Shown: positions 8,541 through 18,079, counted from the stretch's first letter. The stretch: 51,337 bases of DNA from Bacteroidales bacterium (GCA_016926405.1 JAFGOQ010000062.1:1-51337), one strand, 5' to 3'. Notes: generated from the sequence alone by a model not told the origin. Program-made: numbers and translations.

Positions 8541-8727
8541 ATATATACTGCTTAAATAAATCAATTTATATACAATAAATAAATGCTAATAGGGCAAAAA
8601 GGCCTGTTAGGTCTGCTATAGTTATGTTTAATTGGTTCTTTAATTACAGAACAAAACAGTCTTGACAGAATTATTAGTATTAAGTGTACTGTGACGAAAT
8701 AATATAAATAGCTAAATACAATTTACG

Positions 8728-10080
8728 ATGACAAAAAAACGAGTGTTGATTATTTTATTATTGTTTTCATTGGGTGGTGTCGGTAACTATATGTGTGCTC
8801 AAGGGTTAACGCTGAGTAGCTGTATCGATTCGGCCTTGATAAATAATAATAAGCTGCAAAAAGCCAAATTGGATGTCGATATTTACAACTATTCCAAAAA
8901 AGAGGCTTTATCGGCAGGGTTGCCTCAGATTAGTGCAACAGGAAATCTGAAATACAATATTGATAATATGACTATGGTATTACCTGGTGAGATTATGGGT
9001 AAGCCTGGTGAGACTTTGGTGGTGCAGTCTGGAACAAAATATAATTCCGATGCCAATTTATCGGTGTCGCAATTGCTATATAGTGGTTCGTATTTTGTTG
9101 GGGTTAAGGCTGCTAAGGTTGCTTGCGAATTGTCTGAACAGTTGGTGCAAAAAACAGAAGAAGATGTTATTTACAATGTCTCGGTTACTTATTATAATCT
9201 GTTGCAACTTAATCAGCAGATGAAGGCTTTACAGTCTAACTTAACTATGATTAATAAGTTGTTAGAAATATCGAAACTTCAGTACGATAACGATATTATT
9301 AAGAAAGTAGAGCTCGATAGGATAACTGTAACAAAGACTAATCTGGAGACTAATGTCGATAATTTGAGTGCTGCAATTGTACAGCTTAACAATGTTCTTA
9401 AATATCACATGGGTATCTCTACAAAAGAGCCTTTTCAAATAAACTTTAACGACACTATTGATATTCCCGACAATTTGTTGGCATTAGATTTTAACTTAAA
9501 TCATAGCAACCGCTCCGATATTCAGATATTAAACACGCAGCAAAAAATATTAGCTCTTAAATTAAAGGGTGCTAAAACTGCTTATCAGCCTTCGTTATCG
9601 GCATACGGACAGTTTTCGTATCAGGCAATGCGTAACGAGTTTAATTTTTTCGACGGTAGCAAAGATTGGTATAAGATGAGTTTTGTTGGACTTAAACTTA
9701 ATGTGCCAATTTTTACAGGATTTAATACTCGTTCGAAGGTTCAAAAAGCGAAGATTGCTTTAAGACAGAGCGAGATTAATTTAAACGATGTAAATAACTG
9801 GGTTGATGTGGAGTTTCTGAATGCTAAGAACAAATTAGCTAATAGCTTAAAGTCGGTTAAGGCACAAGATAAGAACAGAAAACTTGCTATGGATGTCTAT
9901 TCGCAAACTCAACTGGCTTATCAGGAGGGTACAACATCTTTAATAAGTCTGTTAGATGCCGAAACAGCTTTACGTCAAGCAAAAACAGGTTATAATAACG
10001 AGGTGCTTAATTTTAAAATTGCTGAGCTCGATTTACTTAAGGCCAAAGGCGATCTTAAAAGTTTGTTAAATAATAAATAA
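8728..10080 (+). CDS. TolC-family outer membrane efflux protein
   Basis: 450 aa with a signal peptide and two OEP-type repeats. The N-terminus (LTLSSCIDSALINNNKLQKAKLD) and C-terminus (LLDAETALRQAKTGYNNEVLNFKIAELDLLKAKG) are typical. Confidence 0.85.
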   Translation: MTKKRVLIILLLFSLGGVGNYMCAQGLTLSSCIDSALINNNKLQKAKLDVDIYNYSKKEALSAGLPQISATGNLKYNIDNMTMVLPGEIMGKPGETLVVQSGTKYNSDANLSVSQLLYSGSYFVGVKAAKVACELSEQLVQKTEEDVIYNVSVTYYNLLQLNQQMKALQSNLTMINKLLEISKLQYDNDIIKKVELDRITVTKTNLETNVDNLSAAIVQLNNVLKYHMGISTKEPFQINFNDTIDIPDNLLALDFNLNHSNRSDIQILNTQQKILALKLKGAKTAYQPSLSAYGQFSYQAMRNEFNFFDGSKDWYKMSFVGLKLNVPIFTGFNTRSKVQKAKIALRQSEINLNDVNNWVDVEFLNAKNKLANSLKSVKAQDKNRKLAMDVYSQTQLAYQEGTTSLISLLDAETALRQAKTGYNNEVLNFKIAELDLLKAKGDLKSLLNNK

Positions 10081-10227
10081 TTGCAAAGCAGATAAGCTGC
10101 TCTTTGTAATAGAGAAATAATAATTAATAGAGATAAAAAGAATACTGCAAAGAATCAAAGTAGAATTAAAAAGTAAAAAAACTTGTCGCTTGGTGCTTTG
10201 GAGGTAAACAATTTAAAATATAAACAG

Positions 10228-11283
10228 ATGAAGACTAAATTAATATCGTTTGCAATAGTAATTCTATTGATAGTTGGAATAGTGTGGAAACTAAAAGCTA
10301 ATAAGAGCGAGATTCAAGAAGAGGCAAAACTGTCGCAATTAACATCTACTTCAATTCCTGTTGTAGCAGCAAAATTATCAATTCACGATATAAATAACCA
10401 GATTATTGTTCCTGGTAAGCTTGAGCCTTTTCATCAGATAGATGTTGTGGCCGAGGCCGAAGGGAAAATTGTTAAGGTGTATAAGGAAAAAGGCGACAAA
10501 GTTGTTAAAGGCGAGCTGCTTGTTAAAATTGACGACGAAGTTTTAAGCGCCAACCTGCTTACTGCCGAAGCTAATTTTACTAAGGCCGAAAAAGATTTAG
10601 TACGATTTAACTCTCTTGCCAGCGGAAATGCTATTACCGAGCGTCAGCTTGAAGATGCTAAACTAATGTACAATAATGCAAAGGCAAAGCTAATTACTGC
10701 ACGCAAAAATTTAAATAATACAAATGTTGAAGCTCCAATTTCGGGAATTATTAACAACGACTTTGTTGATCAGGGACAGTTTTTGCGCCGCAATAGTGTG
10801 GTTTACGATTTAGTTGATATAAATAAATTTAAGCTTAATGTAAAAGTGTCGGAGTTTGATGTTTTGCAACTTAACAGCGGACAACAAATTGAGATTACTA
10901 CCGATGTATATCCAGGCCAAATATTTACTGGTACAATAAGTTCTATTGCTGTTAGTGCCGACCAATCGTTAAAGTACAATGTTGAGGTGGTAATGGAGAA
11001 CTCAGATACTAATCCGCTTCGTGCAGGTATGTACGCAAATGTATCTTTTAATAAAGGCGAAATACGCCAGGGATATCTGTTAGATCGAAACGCCATTGTT
11101 AACTCTGTTAAAAACCCTTCGGTGTTTGTTATCGAAAATGGTGTAGCAAAACTTAAAAGCATAAAAATTGGTATCACCATTGGCGATAAAGTTGAGGTAA
11201 TATCGGGTATCGATGCTAATACAACTGTTATTCTTTCGGGACAAATAAATCTTAAAGAGGGAACAAAGGTTACTGTTATTTAA
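10228..11283 (+). CDS. efflux RND transporter periplasmic adaptor subunit (MFP/HlyD family)
   Basis: The track ORF starts at TTG 10183. ATG 10228 (MKTKLISFAIVILL) gives a normal signal anchor. Lipoyl/hairpin/beta-barrel pattern is present (GKIVKVYKEKGDKVVKGELLVKIDD ... APISGIINN ... VSADQSLKYNVEV). Confidence 0.85.
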   Translation: MKTKLISFAIVILLIVGIVWKLKANKSEIQEEAKLSQLTSTSIPVVAAKLSIHDINNQIIVPGKLEPFHQIDVVAEAEGKIVKVYKEKGDKVVKGELLVKIDDEVLSANLLTAEANFTKAEKDLVRFNSLASGNAITERQLEDAKLMYNNAKAKLITARKNLNNTNVEAPISGIINNDFVDQGQFLRRNSVVYDLVDINKFKLNVKVSEFDVLQLNSGQQIEITTDVYPGQIFTGTISSIAVSADQSLKYNVEVVMENSDTNPLRAGMYANVSFNKGEIRQGYLLDRNAIVNSVKNPSVFVIENGVAKLKSIKIGITIGDKVEVISGIDANTTVILSGQINLKEGTKVTVI

Positions 11284-11299
11284 TATAAAATATATTCAG

Positions 11300-14200
11300 A
11301 TGAAAATAAGTGAGATATCGATAAAACGTAGCAGTATAGTAGTAGTGGTATTTACCCTGCTAGTGTCGTTGGGTATATTTAGTTACTCTAAATTAAACTA
11401 CGAGCTAATTCCCGATATGTCGATGGGAGTTATTACCGTAGCAACAGTATATCCGGGTGCTTCGCCTACCGAAGTGGAGTACTCTGTAACCAAAAAGGTT
11501 GAAGATGCTGTTTCTTCTATTGAGAATATTAAGAAAATCTCGTCGCAGTCGTTCGAAAATTATTCTGTTGTTGTTATCGAATTAATTTATGGTTCGGATG
11601 TTAAAACTGCATTAGACGATGCTCAGCGTAAGGTTGACCAGATAGTTAAAGATTTGCCCGACGATTGCGATCCTCCGGCTCTCTCGAAGTTTGCTATCTC
11701 TGATTTCCCTATTATTAACGCTGGTGTTAGTGCCGATATGCCCGCTACAGAGTTTTACGATTTAATAAAGAATCGTGTTAAACCTGAGCTTAGTCAAATA
11801 CCTGGTATGGCGCAGGTGAAAATGTTGGGTGGCGACGAGCGCGAAATATCTGTTAATATTGATGCCGAGAAGCTAGAGGTATATAATTTGTCTATTTCGC
11901 AAGTGGTTCAGATTATTAATTCGTCGAACCTCGATTTTCCTACTGGTAAAGTAAAGAGCGAACAAGGTCAAACATTAATACGCCTAGCGGGTAAGTTTAA
12001 AAATATCGACGAGTTAAATAATCTTGTAATTATTAACTCGCCAAACGGAGCCCCTGTTAAGCTTAAGGATATAGGCGAGGTGGTCGATTCGCACAAAGAG
12101 ACTCAGGTTTTGGTTCGTGCAAACTCTAAAAACTCTATTGGTTTACTAATGATTAAGCAAACCGATGCCAATGCGGTAGAGGTTAGTGCAAAGGCTAAAG
12201 AGGTTATATCAAAGCTCGAGAAGCAATTTGCCGATGTTAATTTAAGCTTTAACATAACTAAAGACACCTCCATTTTTACTATGGACGCTGCCGATGCTGT
12301 TATGCACGATCTTATTTTGGCTATTATTTTGGTAGCATTAGTTATGATGCTCTTTTTGCACAGTTTGCGTAACGCTGTAATTGTTATGATATCGATACCA
12401 GCTTCGCTTATTGCAACATTTACTATTATGTATTTGGCAGGCTTTAGTTTAAACTTACTTACCCTGCTTGGACTGTCGCTTGTGGTGGGTATACTGGTTG
12501 ACGATGCCATTGTGGTTATCGAAAATATTCACTCGCATTTAGAGAAAGGTAAAAATGCCATTAACGCCACTTACGACGCTATTAAGGAAATTGGTACTAC
12601 AGTAATATCTATTACTCTTGTAATTGTTGTTGTGTTTGTTCCTATTGCAATGACTTCAGGTGTGGTGTCTGATATGCTTCGTCAGTTTTCTATAACAGTG
12701 GCTTTTGCTACTCTTATGAGTCTTTTTGTATCGTTTACTCTTGTTGGTTTGTTGTCGTCGCGCTTCACTAAGCTAGAGCATTTAAACACAAAATCGTTTG
12801 TTGGTAAGTTTATTAAGGCTTTCGAGGGGTATATAAACAAATTTCAGAATTGGATTATAGGTATTCTTAAGTGGTCGCTAAACCATAAAATAGTAACTCT
12901 TTCGCTTACTGTTGCTCTTTTTGTTATATCGGTTGCTTTGTTACCTATGGGTTACATTGGTGCCGAGTTTGTAAATGGTGGCGACAACGGCGAGTTTACT
13001 CTAGAATTTGAATTGCCTAAAAATGCTACTGTTGAGCAAACTAATATGGCAACTCGTCAAGCCGAAGATTATTTATTGTCGATGCCCGAGGTGGTTAATG
13101 TTTTCTCTATTGTTGGTACCACTAGTAAGGCTAAAGAGGGACAAACAACAGCTTACAAATCGGAAATATCGGTTAAGTTAGTCGATGCAAAAAAACGCGA
13201 TCTTAGCTCCGAGATAATATCGCAACAGGTTAAGGTTGCTTTAGAGGAGAAAGTTTCGGGAATAAAAATACGAGCTGGTGCTGGTAAACTTGTTGGTGGT
13301 GGTATATCGCCGCAAATAAAGATGGTATTGCAAGGTAACGACTTTAATAAGCTTATGGAGCAGGCTAAGCTTGTTATTGCTGAGGTAGAGAAGGTGCCAG
13401 GTACAACACAGGTAAAAACATCGGTTGACGACGGAAACCCAGAGATTAGGGTAGAGGTGGATCGCGAAAAAATGGCTTCGCTAGGACTTAATCTTGGAAC
13501 TGTTGGATTAACACTTCAATCGGCTTTTAATGGTAACGACAATGCTAAGTTTCGTTTAGGATCGGAAGAGTACGATATAAAAATACGTTTCGATGCTTTC
13601 GATCGTCAAAATATTGATGATATCTCTAATGTGAATTTTATTAATAACAAAGGCAAGCTGATAAAACTTAAGCAGTTTGCTCGTATCTATCAGGCTACTG
13701 GACCTTCGCAGCTCGATCGTCGCGACCGTTTGGCTGCCGTTACTGTTGAGTGTTTTGTGGTAGGACGACCTACTGGTTCGGTGGGTAACGATATTAAAGA
13801 TCGTATTAATGCAGCCCCAAATCTTAAAGAGATAAACATATTGTACGAAGGTGATTTAGAGAATCAGGCCGACGCTTTTGGTACTCTTGGCTTTGCTCTT
13901 ATGGCATCAATATTCTTAGTATATCTTATTATGATTGCCTTATACAACTCGTATGTATATCCTTTTGTGGTGTTGTTTTCTATTCCGTTGGCAATAATTG
14001 GAGCACTGTTTGCTCTTGCCTTAACAAAGCAAACGCTTAATATATTCTCAATATTGGGTATAATAATGCTTATTGGTTTGGTGGCTAAAAATGCCATTCT
14101 GGTGGTTGACTTTACAAACCATCTTAAGGCCACTGGTATTAAAGTTAAACAGGCACTTATACAGGCTACCGCTTCGCGTTTTCGTCCTATACTTATGACC

Positions 14201-14494
14201 ACTTTAGCAATGGTGTTTGGTATGTTGCCTATTGCATTAGCTAGTGGTCCTGGTGCCGAGTGGAAAAACGGGTTGGCATGGGCTCTTATTGGTGGACTTA
14301 TTAGTAGTATGTTTTTAACGCTGGTTGTTGTTCCTGTTATATATTATATATTCGACAGAATATTGCATAAGCTTGGGCTAGGTAAGCAAAAACAAATAGT
14401 TATCGATGCTGTAGATAATGCTAATATAATTCCGCACACTACTCACGATATAATAAACGAGAGAGTTTTAGAAACAACCAATAATTTCAATTAA
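11300..14494 (+). CDS. RND efflux permease (AcrB/HAE1-type)
   Basis: 1064 aa with 12-TM RND architecture. Conserved blocks: LGLSLVVGILVDDAIVVIENI and GLVAKNAILVVDF. Confidence 0.9.
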   Translation: MKISEISIKRSSIVVVVFTLLVSLGIFSYSKLNYELIPDMSMGVITVATVYPGASPTEVEYSVTKKVEDAVSSIENIKKISSQSFENYSVVVIELIYGSDVKTALDDAQRKVDQIVKDLPDDCDPPALSKFAISDFPIINAGVSADMPATEFYDLIKNRVKPELSQIPGMAQVKMLGGDEREISVNIDAEKLEVYNLSISQVVQIINSSNLDFPTGKVKSEQGQTLIRLAGKFKNIDELNNLVIINSPNGAPVKLKDIGEVVDSHKETQVLVRANSKNSIGLLMIKQTDANAVEVSAKAKEVISKLEKQFADVNLSFNITKDTSIFTMDAADAVMHDLILAIILVALVMMLFLHSLRNAVIVMISIPASLIATFTIMYLAGFSLNLLTLLGLSLVVGILVDDAIVVIENIHSHLEKGKNAINATYDAIKEIGTTVISITLVIVVVFVPIAMTSGVVSDMLRQFSITVAFATLMSLFVSFTLVGLLSSRFTKLEHLNTKSFVGKFIKAFEGYINKFQNWIIGILKWSLNHKIVTLSLTVALFVISVALLPMGYIGAEFVNGGDNGEFTLEFELPKNATVEQTNMATRQAEDYLLSMPEVVNVFSIVGTTSKAKEGQTTAYKSEISVKLVDAKKRDLSSEIISQQVKVALEEKVSGIKIRAGAGKLVGGGISPQIKMVLQGNDFNKLMEQAKLVIAEVEKVPGTTQVKTSVDDGNPEIRVEVDREKMASLGLNLGTVGLTLQSAFNGNDNAKFRLGSEEYDIKIRFDAFDRQNIDDISNVNFINNKGKLIKLKQFARIYQATGPSQLDRRDRLAAVTVECFVVGRPTGSVGNDIKDRINAAPNLKEINILYEGDLENQADAFGTLGFALMASIFLVYLIMIALYNSYVYPFVVLFSIPLAIIGALFALALTKQTLNIFSILGIIMLIGLVAKNAILVVDFTNHLKATGIKVKQALIQATASRFRPILMTTLAMVFGMLPIALASGPGAEWKNGLAWALIGGLISSMFLTLVVVPVIYYIFDRILHKLGLGKQKQIVIDAVDNANIIPHTTHDIINERVLETTNNFN

Positions 14495-14502
14495 TATTAA
14501 TA

Positions 14503-14540
14503 AAAGGGCAGGGGTGTAGTAAATCTTTGCCCTTTTTTTT
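14503..14540 (+). terminator. rho-independent terminator of the efflux operon
   Basis: AAAGGGCA (14503-14510) pairs with TGCCCTTT (14528-14535), followed by a T-run to 14540. Confidence 0.7.
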
Positions 14541-14541
14541 G

Positions 14542-14574
14542 CACCACCACAAATAGTGGCTGGTGTTTTTTTTT
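14542..14574 (+). terminator. second, tandem terminator-like hairpin
   Basis: CACCACCAC / GTGGCTGGTG is an imperfect stem. A T9 run follows (14566-14574). Confidence 0.5.
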
Positions 14575-14829
14575 ATTGAAAGGCAGAATATATTACCGCA
14601 CAAACAGGCATTTGCCTATAGAATAAGAGCTTGTTTTTATAAGGTTAGGAGAGGTTAGACAAGCTTAGGCGATTTTAGACAAGGCGGTGCCTTGTCTCTA
14701 CAGGTGTATCGGTATAATATTATTTTTAATGCTTCGGCTTTAAATTATGGGCAAATAAACATCATGCAAAAATCGTTAATAAATTCTATTTAAGCTGTTT
14801 TTTTATGTCGACAAAACCCCTGCACTGCT

Positions 14830-14876
14830 AAACCTGACAGGTATAACACACGACGAAATAAATACCTGTCAGGTTT
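14830..14876. repeat. 47-nt palindromic element, copy 1 (14-bp stem AAACCTGACAGGTA / TACCTGTCAGGTTT, 19-nt loop)
   Basis: Read directly from the sequence. Identical in sequence to copy 2 (15195..15241). Confidence 0.85.
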
Positions 14877-15194
14877 CATGATTTTTACATCAACAAAAGC
14901 TTCGCTACGTTGTAGCGAACAATTTTACGTCGACAAAATTACGGCTACGAGATATTTCATGATTTTTACATCGACAAAAGCTTCGCTACGTTGTAGCGAA
15001 CAATTTTACGTCGACAAAATTGCCGCTACGAGATATCTCATGATTTTTACATCGACAAAAGCCTCGCTACGTTGTAGCGAACATTTTTACGTCGACAAAA
15101 TTGCGGCTACGAAATATTTGGTGATTTTTACGTCGACAAGAGCTTCGCTACGTTGTAGCGAACATTTTTACGTCGACAAAACCTTCGCTACGAT
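14877..15194. repeat. 81-bp tandem repeat, about 3.9 copies, each with an internal 8-bp-stem hairpin
   Basis: Units start at 14877, 14958, 15039 and 15120. The units differ by a few point changes. Each contains TTCGCTAC-GTT-GTAGCGAA. Each 81-mer is itself two diverged ~40-nt half-units. Confidence 0.85.
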
Positions 15195-15241
15195 AAACCT
15201 GACAGGTATAACACACGACGAAATAAATACCTGTCAGGTTT
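15195..15241. repeat. 47-nt palindromic element, copy 2
   Basis: Same sequence as 14830..14876. Again followed by CATGATTTTTACATCGACAAAA. Confidence 0.85.
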
Positions 15242-15276
15242 CATGATTTTTACATCGACAAAATGTTCGCTCTGAT

Positions 15277-15323
15277 AAACCTGACAGGTATAACGCACGA
15301 CGACATAAATACCTGTCAGGTTT
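15277..15323. repeat. 47-nt palindromic element, copy 3 (two loop substitutions)
   Basis: Same 14-bp arms. The loop is TAACGCACGACGACATAAA versus TAACACACGACGAAATAAA in copies 1 and 2. Confidence 0.85.
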
Positions 15324-15335
15324 CGTGCTTTGGTG

Positions 15336-15383
15336 TTGGCGAAAATGTAATTCCGCAAAAGTGTGGAATTACATTTTCGCCAA
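15336..15383. repeat. 19-bp perfect inverted repeat with a 10-nt loop
   Basis: TTGGCGAAAATGTAATTCC (15336-15354), loop GCAAAAGTGT, GGAATTACATTTTCGCCAA (15365-15383). Confidence 0.8.
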
Positions 15384-15581
15384 AAATTGATAGTCTGCAG
15401 ATCTGAGAAATGTCAAAGGATTTAGGCATTTACATCGGATTTTTTAGTTGTTAGTCTTTTGTTATTAGAATGGAGCATTATGGTTAAATGGGGTATGGTG
15501 AAATGGTCATATATGTTTTTATATCATACATCTAAGATTATACTTTTTTATTAGTAGGTAGTTATTAATACTATGCCATAT

Positions 15582-15620
15582 AAAAAAACACCTGACAGGT
15601 TTCTCAAACCTGTCAGGTGT
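15582..15620 (-). terminator. rho-independent terminator for the minus-strand gene 15640..16146
   Basis: 15-bp stem ACACCTGACAGGTTT (15588-15602) / AAACCTGTCAGGTGT (15606-15620). The A7 run on the + strand (15582-15588) is a T-run after the hairpin on the - strand. Confidence 0.75.
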
Positions 15621-15639
15621 TATAAATCTTCTAATAATA

Positions 15640-16146
15640 TTATATTCTTTTCATCATAGCTTCAACCTCTTTTATCTGGGCGTGAAGCATTTTATTTTTG
15701 TCGAGTTTTTTACACTCGGTAATATAATGCGTTGCTAATTTTTTGTTACGTTGACTTAAAGCCGAGGCTGCCAAATTTAGCTTGGCTAAAGCTTGATCGG
15801 TTTTTGTTCTTAAGCCTGTCGATAAAGCTTTCTTAAAATGCTTTTCGGCTTTTAATGGAGCAGTATGTACTGTCGACAATCCTAATAGGTAATAATAGTA
15901 AGCCTCCTGGCTTTTAATCATATTTTCGGGGTGCTTTACTTTGTTTAATACTTTTGTAGCAGCTTCGGATTTGTTTTTTCTAACCAAATAGAATGCTAAC
16001 AAGTTATTCTCATTCTTAAAATGTAGTAAAACAAAAATTCCGGATAGCAATATTACTAACACCCCTAACGATACTGATAACTTAATAATGGCAAATACCG
16101 AAAAGGTTAATAATATGCCTGCAATAATTAATCGGATAAATTTCAT
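15640..16146 (-). CDS. hypothetical membrane-anchored protein (two N-terminal TM helices, helical TPR-like C-terminal part)
   Basis: 168-aa ORF with hydrophobic segments at aa ~5-45. The remainder is predicted helical (YYYYLLGLS...AEKHFKKAL). It has its own terminator. No function recognised. Confidence 0.55.
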   Translation of the reverse strand: MKFIRLIIAGILLTFSVFAIIKLSVSLGVLVILLSGIFVLLHFKNENNLLAFYLVRKNKSEAATKVLNKVKHPENMIKSQEAYYYYLLGLSTVHTAPLKAEKHFKKALSTGLRTKTDQALAKLNLAASALSQRNKKLATHYITECKKLDKNKMLHAQIKEVEAMMKRI

Positions 16147-16336
16147 GTGGATATAATTTATATTAAACTTTTTTTTATTCTCATGTCTTTCATGTACAGG
16201 GGTTGTTTAATAACTCCCTTTTAATTATTAAAATTGAAATAACATTTCTGAAAGAGCCTCCAAAATTAACAAAAAGAAGCAAACGACTAAATAAATAAAG
16301 TAAAAGGTATAGTTGATTTTAGCCTTTAATAAAGAA

Positions 16337-16369
16337 ACACCTGACAGTTTTTAAAAACTTGTCAGGTGT
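16337..16369 (-). terminator. terminator-like hairpin downstream of mnmE
   Basis: ACACCTGACA (16337-16346) / TGTCAGGTGT (16360-16369), with an AT-rich inner stem and loop. It shares the ACCTGACAG core with the hairpins at 14.8-15.6 kb. Confidence 0.55.
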
Positions 16370-16412
16370 GATATTGTAAATTTGTATTTAGGAAATTACT
16401 TTTTTTTGATTT

Positions 16413-17810
16413 CTATTTACCTATGCAGAAGTTTTTAAAGATATGACCAAGTACATCGTCGGTTGATATTGTACCAGTAATCTCGCCAAGGTGGTGAAGG
16501 CACTGACGAATGTCTTGAGCCAAGAAATCGCCACTAATACCCATGGTTAAACCTTCTTTTACACGTGTAATATCTTCGAAAGCCGAACAAAGAACTTCGT
16601 AATGGCGTGCGTTGGTAACAATAATGTCGTTGCCTGTGGTTGCCTCTTTGCAGCTATCTAGCAGCACCCTACGAAGGGTCTCGATATTCTCGTGAGCCTT
16701 GGCCGAAATATAAACCATCTGTTCGTTGTGAGTTGGAACAATGGCTTTTTTAAAATCGGCAAGTTGCTCTTCTGTGGCTTTATCAATTTTATTAGCAATA
16801 ATAATAAGCTTTTGCTGATCGATGTGGTTACGTAGTCGTTCAAGGCTCTCGGCAGTACGACTAAGATCGCGAGTAACGTCAAGCAACAGCAGTACCACAT
16901 TTGCCTGATCAATTTTACCAAAGGTACGTTCAATACCAAGGCTCTCAATTTTATCTTGAGTGGTTCTAATACCAGCAGTATCGATAAAGCGGAAAGCAAC
17001 GCCTTCAATGTTTACAACATCTTCAATCACATCGCGTGTTGTTCCCTCTATTTCCGAAACAATAGCGCGCTCCTCGTTAAGCAGGGTATTAAGTAATGTC
17101 GATTTACCAACGTTGGTATCGCCAGCAATAGTAACAGGAATACCATTTTTAATTGCATTTCCCAGTCGGTACGAATCTTTCAGACGACCTATTACACCGC
17201 ATATTTTATCAATAAGTGTTGTAAGTTGTTTACGATCGGCAAACTCAACATCTTCCTCGCCAAAGTCAAGCTCCAGCTCAATAAGCGAAATAAAGTTAAG
17301 CAGTTCGTAACGCAGTGCCTCTATCTCTTTGCTAAAACCACCACGCACCTGTGTCATAGCCAGCTTATGCGCTGCCTGATTTGATGAGGCAATAAGATCG
17401 GCCACCGCTTCGGCTTGCGAAAGATCGAGCTTGCCATTCATAAAAGCGCGCTGAGTATATTCGCCTGGAGTAGCAATACGAGCACCGCTATGTGTAAGAA
17501 GCTGCATAATTTTTTGCTGTATATACGACGAACCATGGCACGAAATCTCAATAGAGTCTTCGCCAGTGTAGGAGTGAGGGGCACGGAATACCGATACCAG
17601 AACCTCGTCAACAATATCTTGTCCGTCTACAATAGTGCCAAAATGTATTGTGTTGGCAGCAACAGTTGCTAGTTTCTTCTCTTTGTTTGTCGATCTAAAA
17701 ATAGAATCGCAAATAGAAATTGATTCGCCACCACTAATTCTAATTACCGAAATAGCACCGCTACCTGAGCCAGTAGCTATTGCACATATTGTATCTTGGT
17801 TGTGTATCAT
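16413..17810 (-). CDS. mnmE: tRNA modification GTPase MnmE (TrmE)
   Basis: 465 aa. N-terminal DTICAIATGSGSGAISVIRISG. G-domain motifs GDTNVGKSTLLN and DTAGIR. C-terminal CIGK tetrapeptide. Confidence 0.95.
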   Translation of the reverse strand: MIHNQDTICAIATGSGSGAISVIRISGGESISICDSIFRSTNKEKKLATVAANTIHFGTIVDGQDIVDEVLVSVFRAPHSYTGEDSIEISCHGSSYIQQKIMQLLTHSGARIATPGEYTQRAFMNGKLDLSQAEAVADLIASSNQAAHKLAMTQVRGGFSKEIEALRYELLNFISLIELELDFGEEDVEFADRKQLTTLIDKICGVIGRLKDSYRLGNAIKNGIPVTIAGDTNVGKSTLLNTLLNEERAIVSEIEGTTRDVIEDVVNIEGVAFRFIDTAGIRTTQDKIESLGIERTFGKIDQANVVLLLLDVTRDLSRTAESLERLRNHIDQQKLIIIANKIDKATEEQLADFKKAIVPTHNEQMVYISAKAHENIETLRRVLLDSCKEATTGNDIIVTNARHYEVLCSAFEDITRVKEGLTMGISGDFLAQDIRQCLHHLGEITGTISTDDVLGHIFKNFCIGK

Positions 17811-17892
17811 ACAAAATTATTTTTTTGAGTAAACAAAGGTATAAAAGATTTAAGATTTATGAAGTATGAATTTATATGTATAGTGTCTGTAC

Positions 17893-18079
17893 CCAAAGTC
17901 GTATGAAGCCCTATTTATCAAAGCTGTCCTACCTTTACAGTCCGAATGACTGATTCTATGTCAAAGTAGAGTGAAGCCCTACTTCTTTAAAATAGCCGTA
18001 TCTCCTCAGTCCGAAGGACTGTGTCTTTACCAAAGTCGTATGAAGCCCTACTTGTATACTCAGTCCGAAGGACTGTGTC
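17893..18079. repeat. three tandem degenerate REP-like units upstream of the Y1 transposase gene
   Basis: Each unit has the TGAAGCCCT box (17904, 17972, 18041) followed by the hairpin CAGTCC-GAA-GGACTG (17938-17952 imperfect; 18007-18021 and 18061-18075 perfect). Units 1 and 3 also share CCAAAGTCGTATGAAGCCCTA. Confidence 0.6.

Larger units (their letters stand above)
14808..15263. repeat. phased array of ten TTTTAYRTCGACAAAA-type boxes
   Basis: The TCGACAAAA core or a 1-mismatch variant starts at 14808, 14890, 14930, 14971, 15011, 15052, 15092, 15133, 15173 and 15255. Spacings are 82, 40, 41, 40, 41, 40, 41, 40 and 82 nt. The two 82-nt steps are the ones spanning the large hairpins. Confidence 0.8.

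Noticed and set aside
12103-12510. Antisense or overlapping ORFs nested in long genes. Examples: 155..376, 2845..3147, 7515..7913, 8987..9223, 10803..11180, 12103..12510, 13864..14202, 16658..17008, 16960..17310, 17415..17832, 19559..20359, 20607..21802, 22405..23836, 33456..34025, 34399..35038, 37313..38844, 44437..46168, 46292..48447, 48708..48899 and 49302..49973.
   Set aside because: All lie inside or opposite confidently identified genes. They have low-complexity or odd composition and no recognisable motifs. They are typical shadow ORFs.
14877-15194. Possible CRISPR array (regularly spaced ~40-nt repeats).
   Set aside because: There are no unique spacers. The whole 81-nt period is repeated nearly identically, the half-units are diverged copies of each other, and no cas genes are in the window.
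14878-15246. A 122-aa ORF encoding four 27-aa repeats (MIFTSTKASLRCSEQFYVDKI.ATRY.).
   Set aside because: It is simply the translation of the 81-bp tandem DNA repeat. Differences between units are mostly non-synonymous. The region is packed with hairpins and lies between convergent terminators. I treat it as non-coding.
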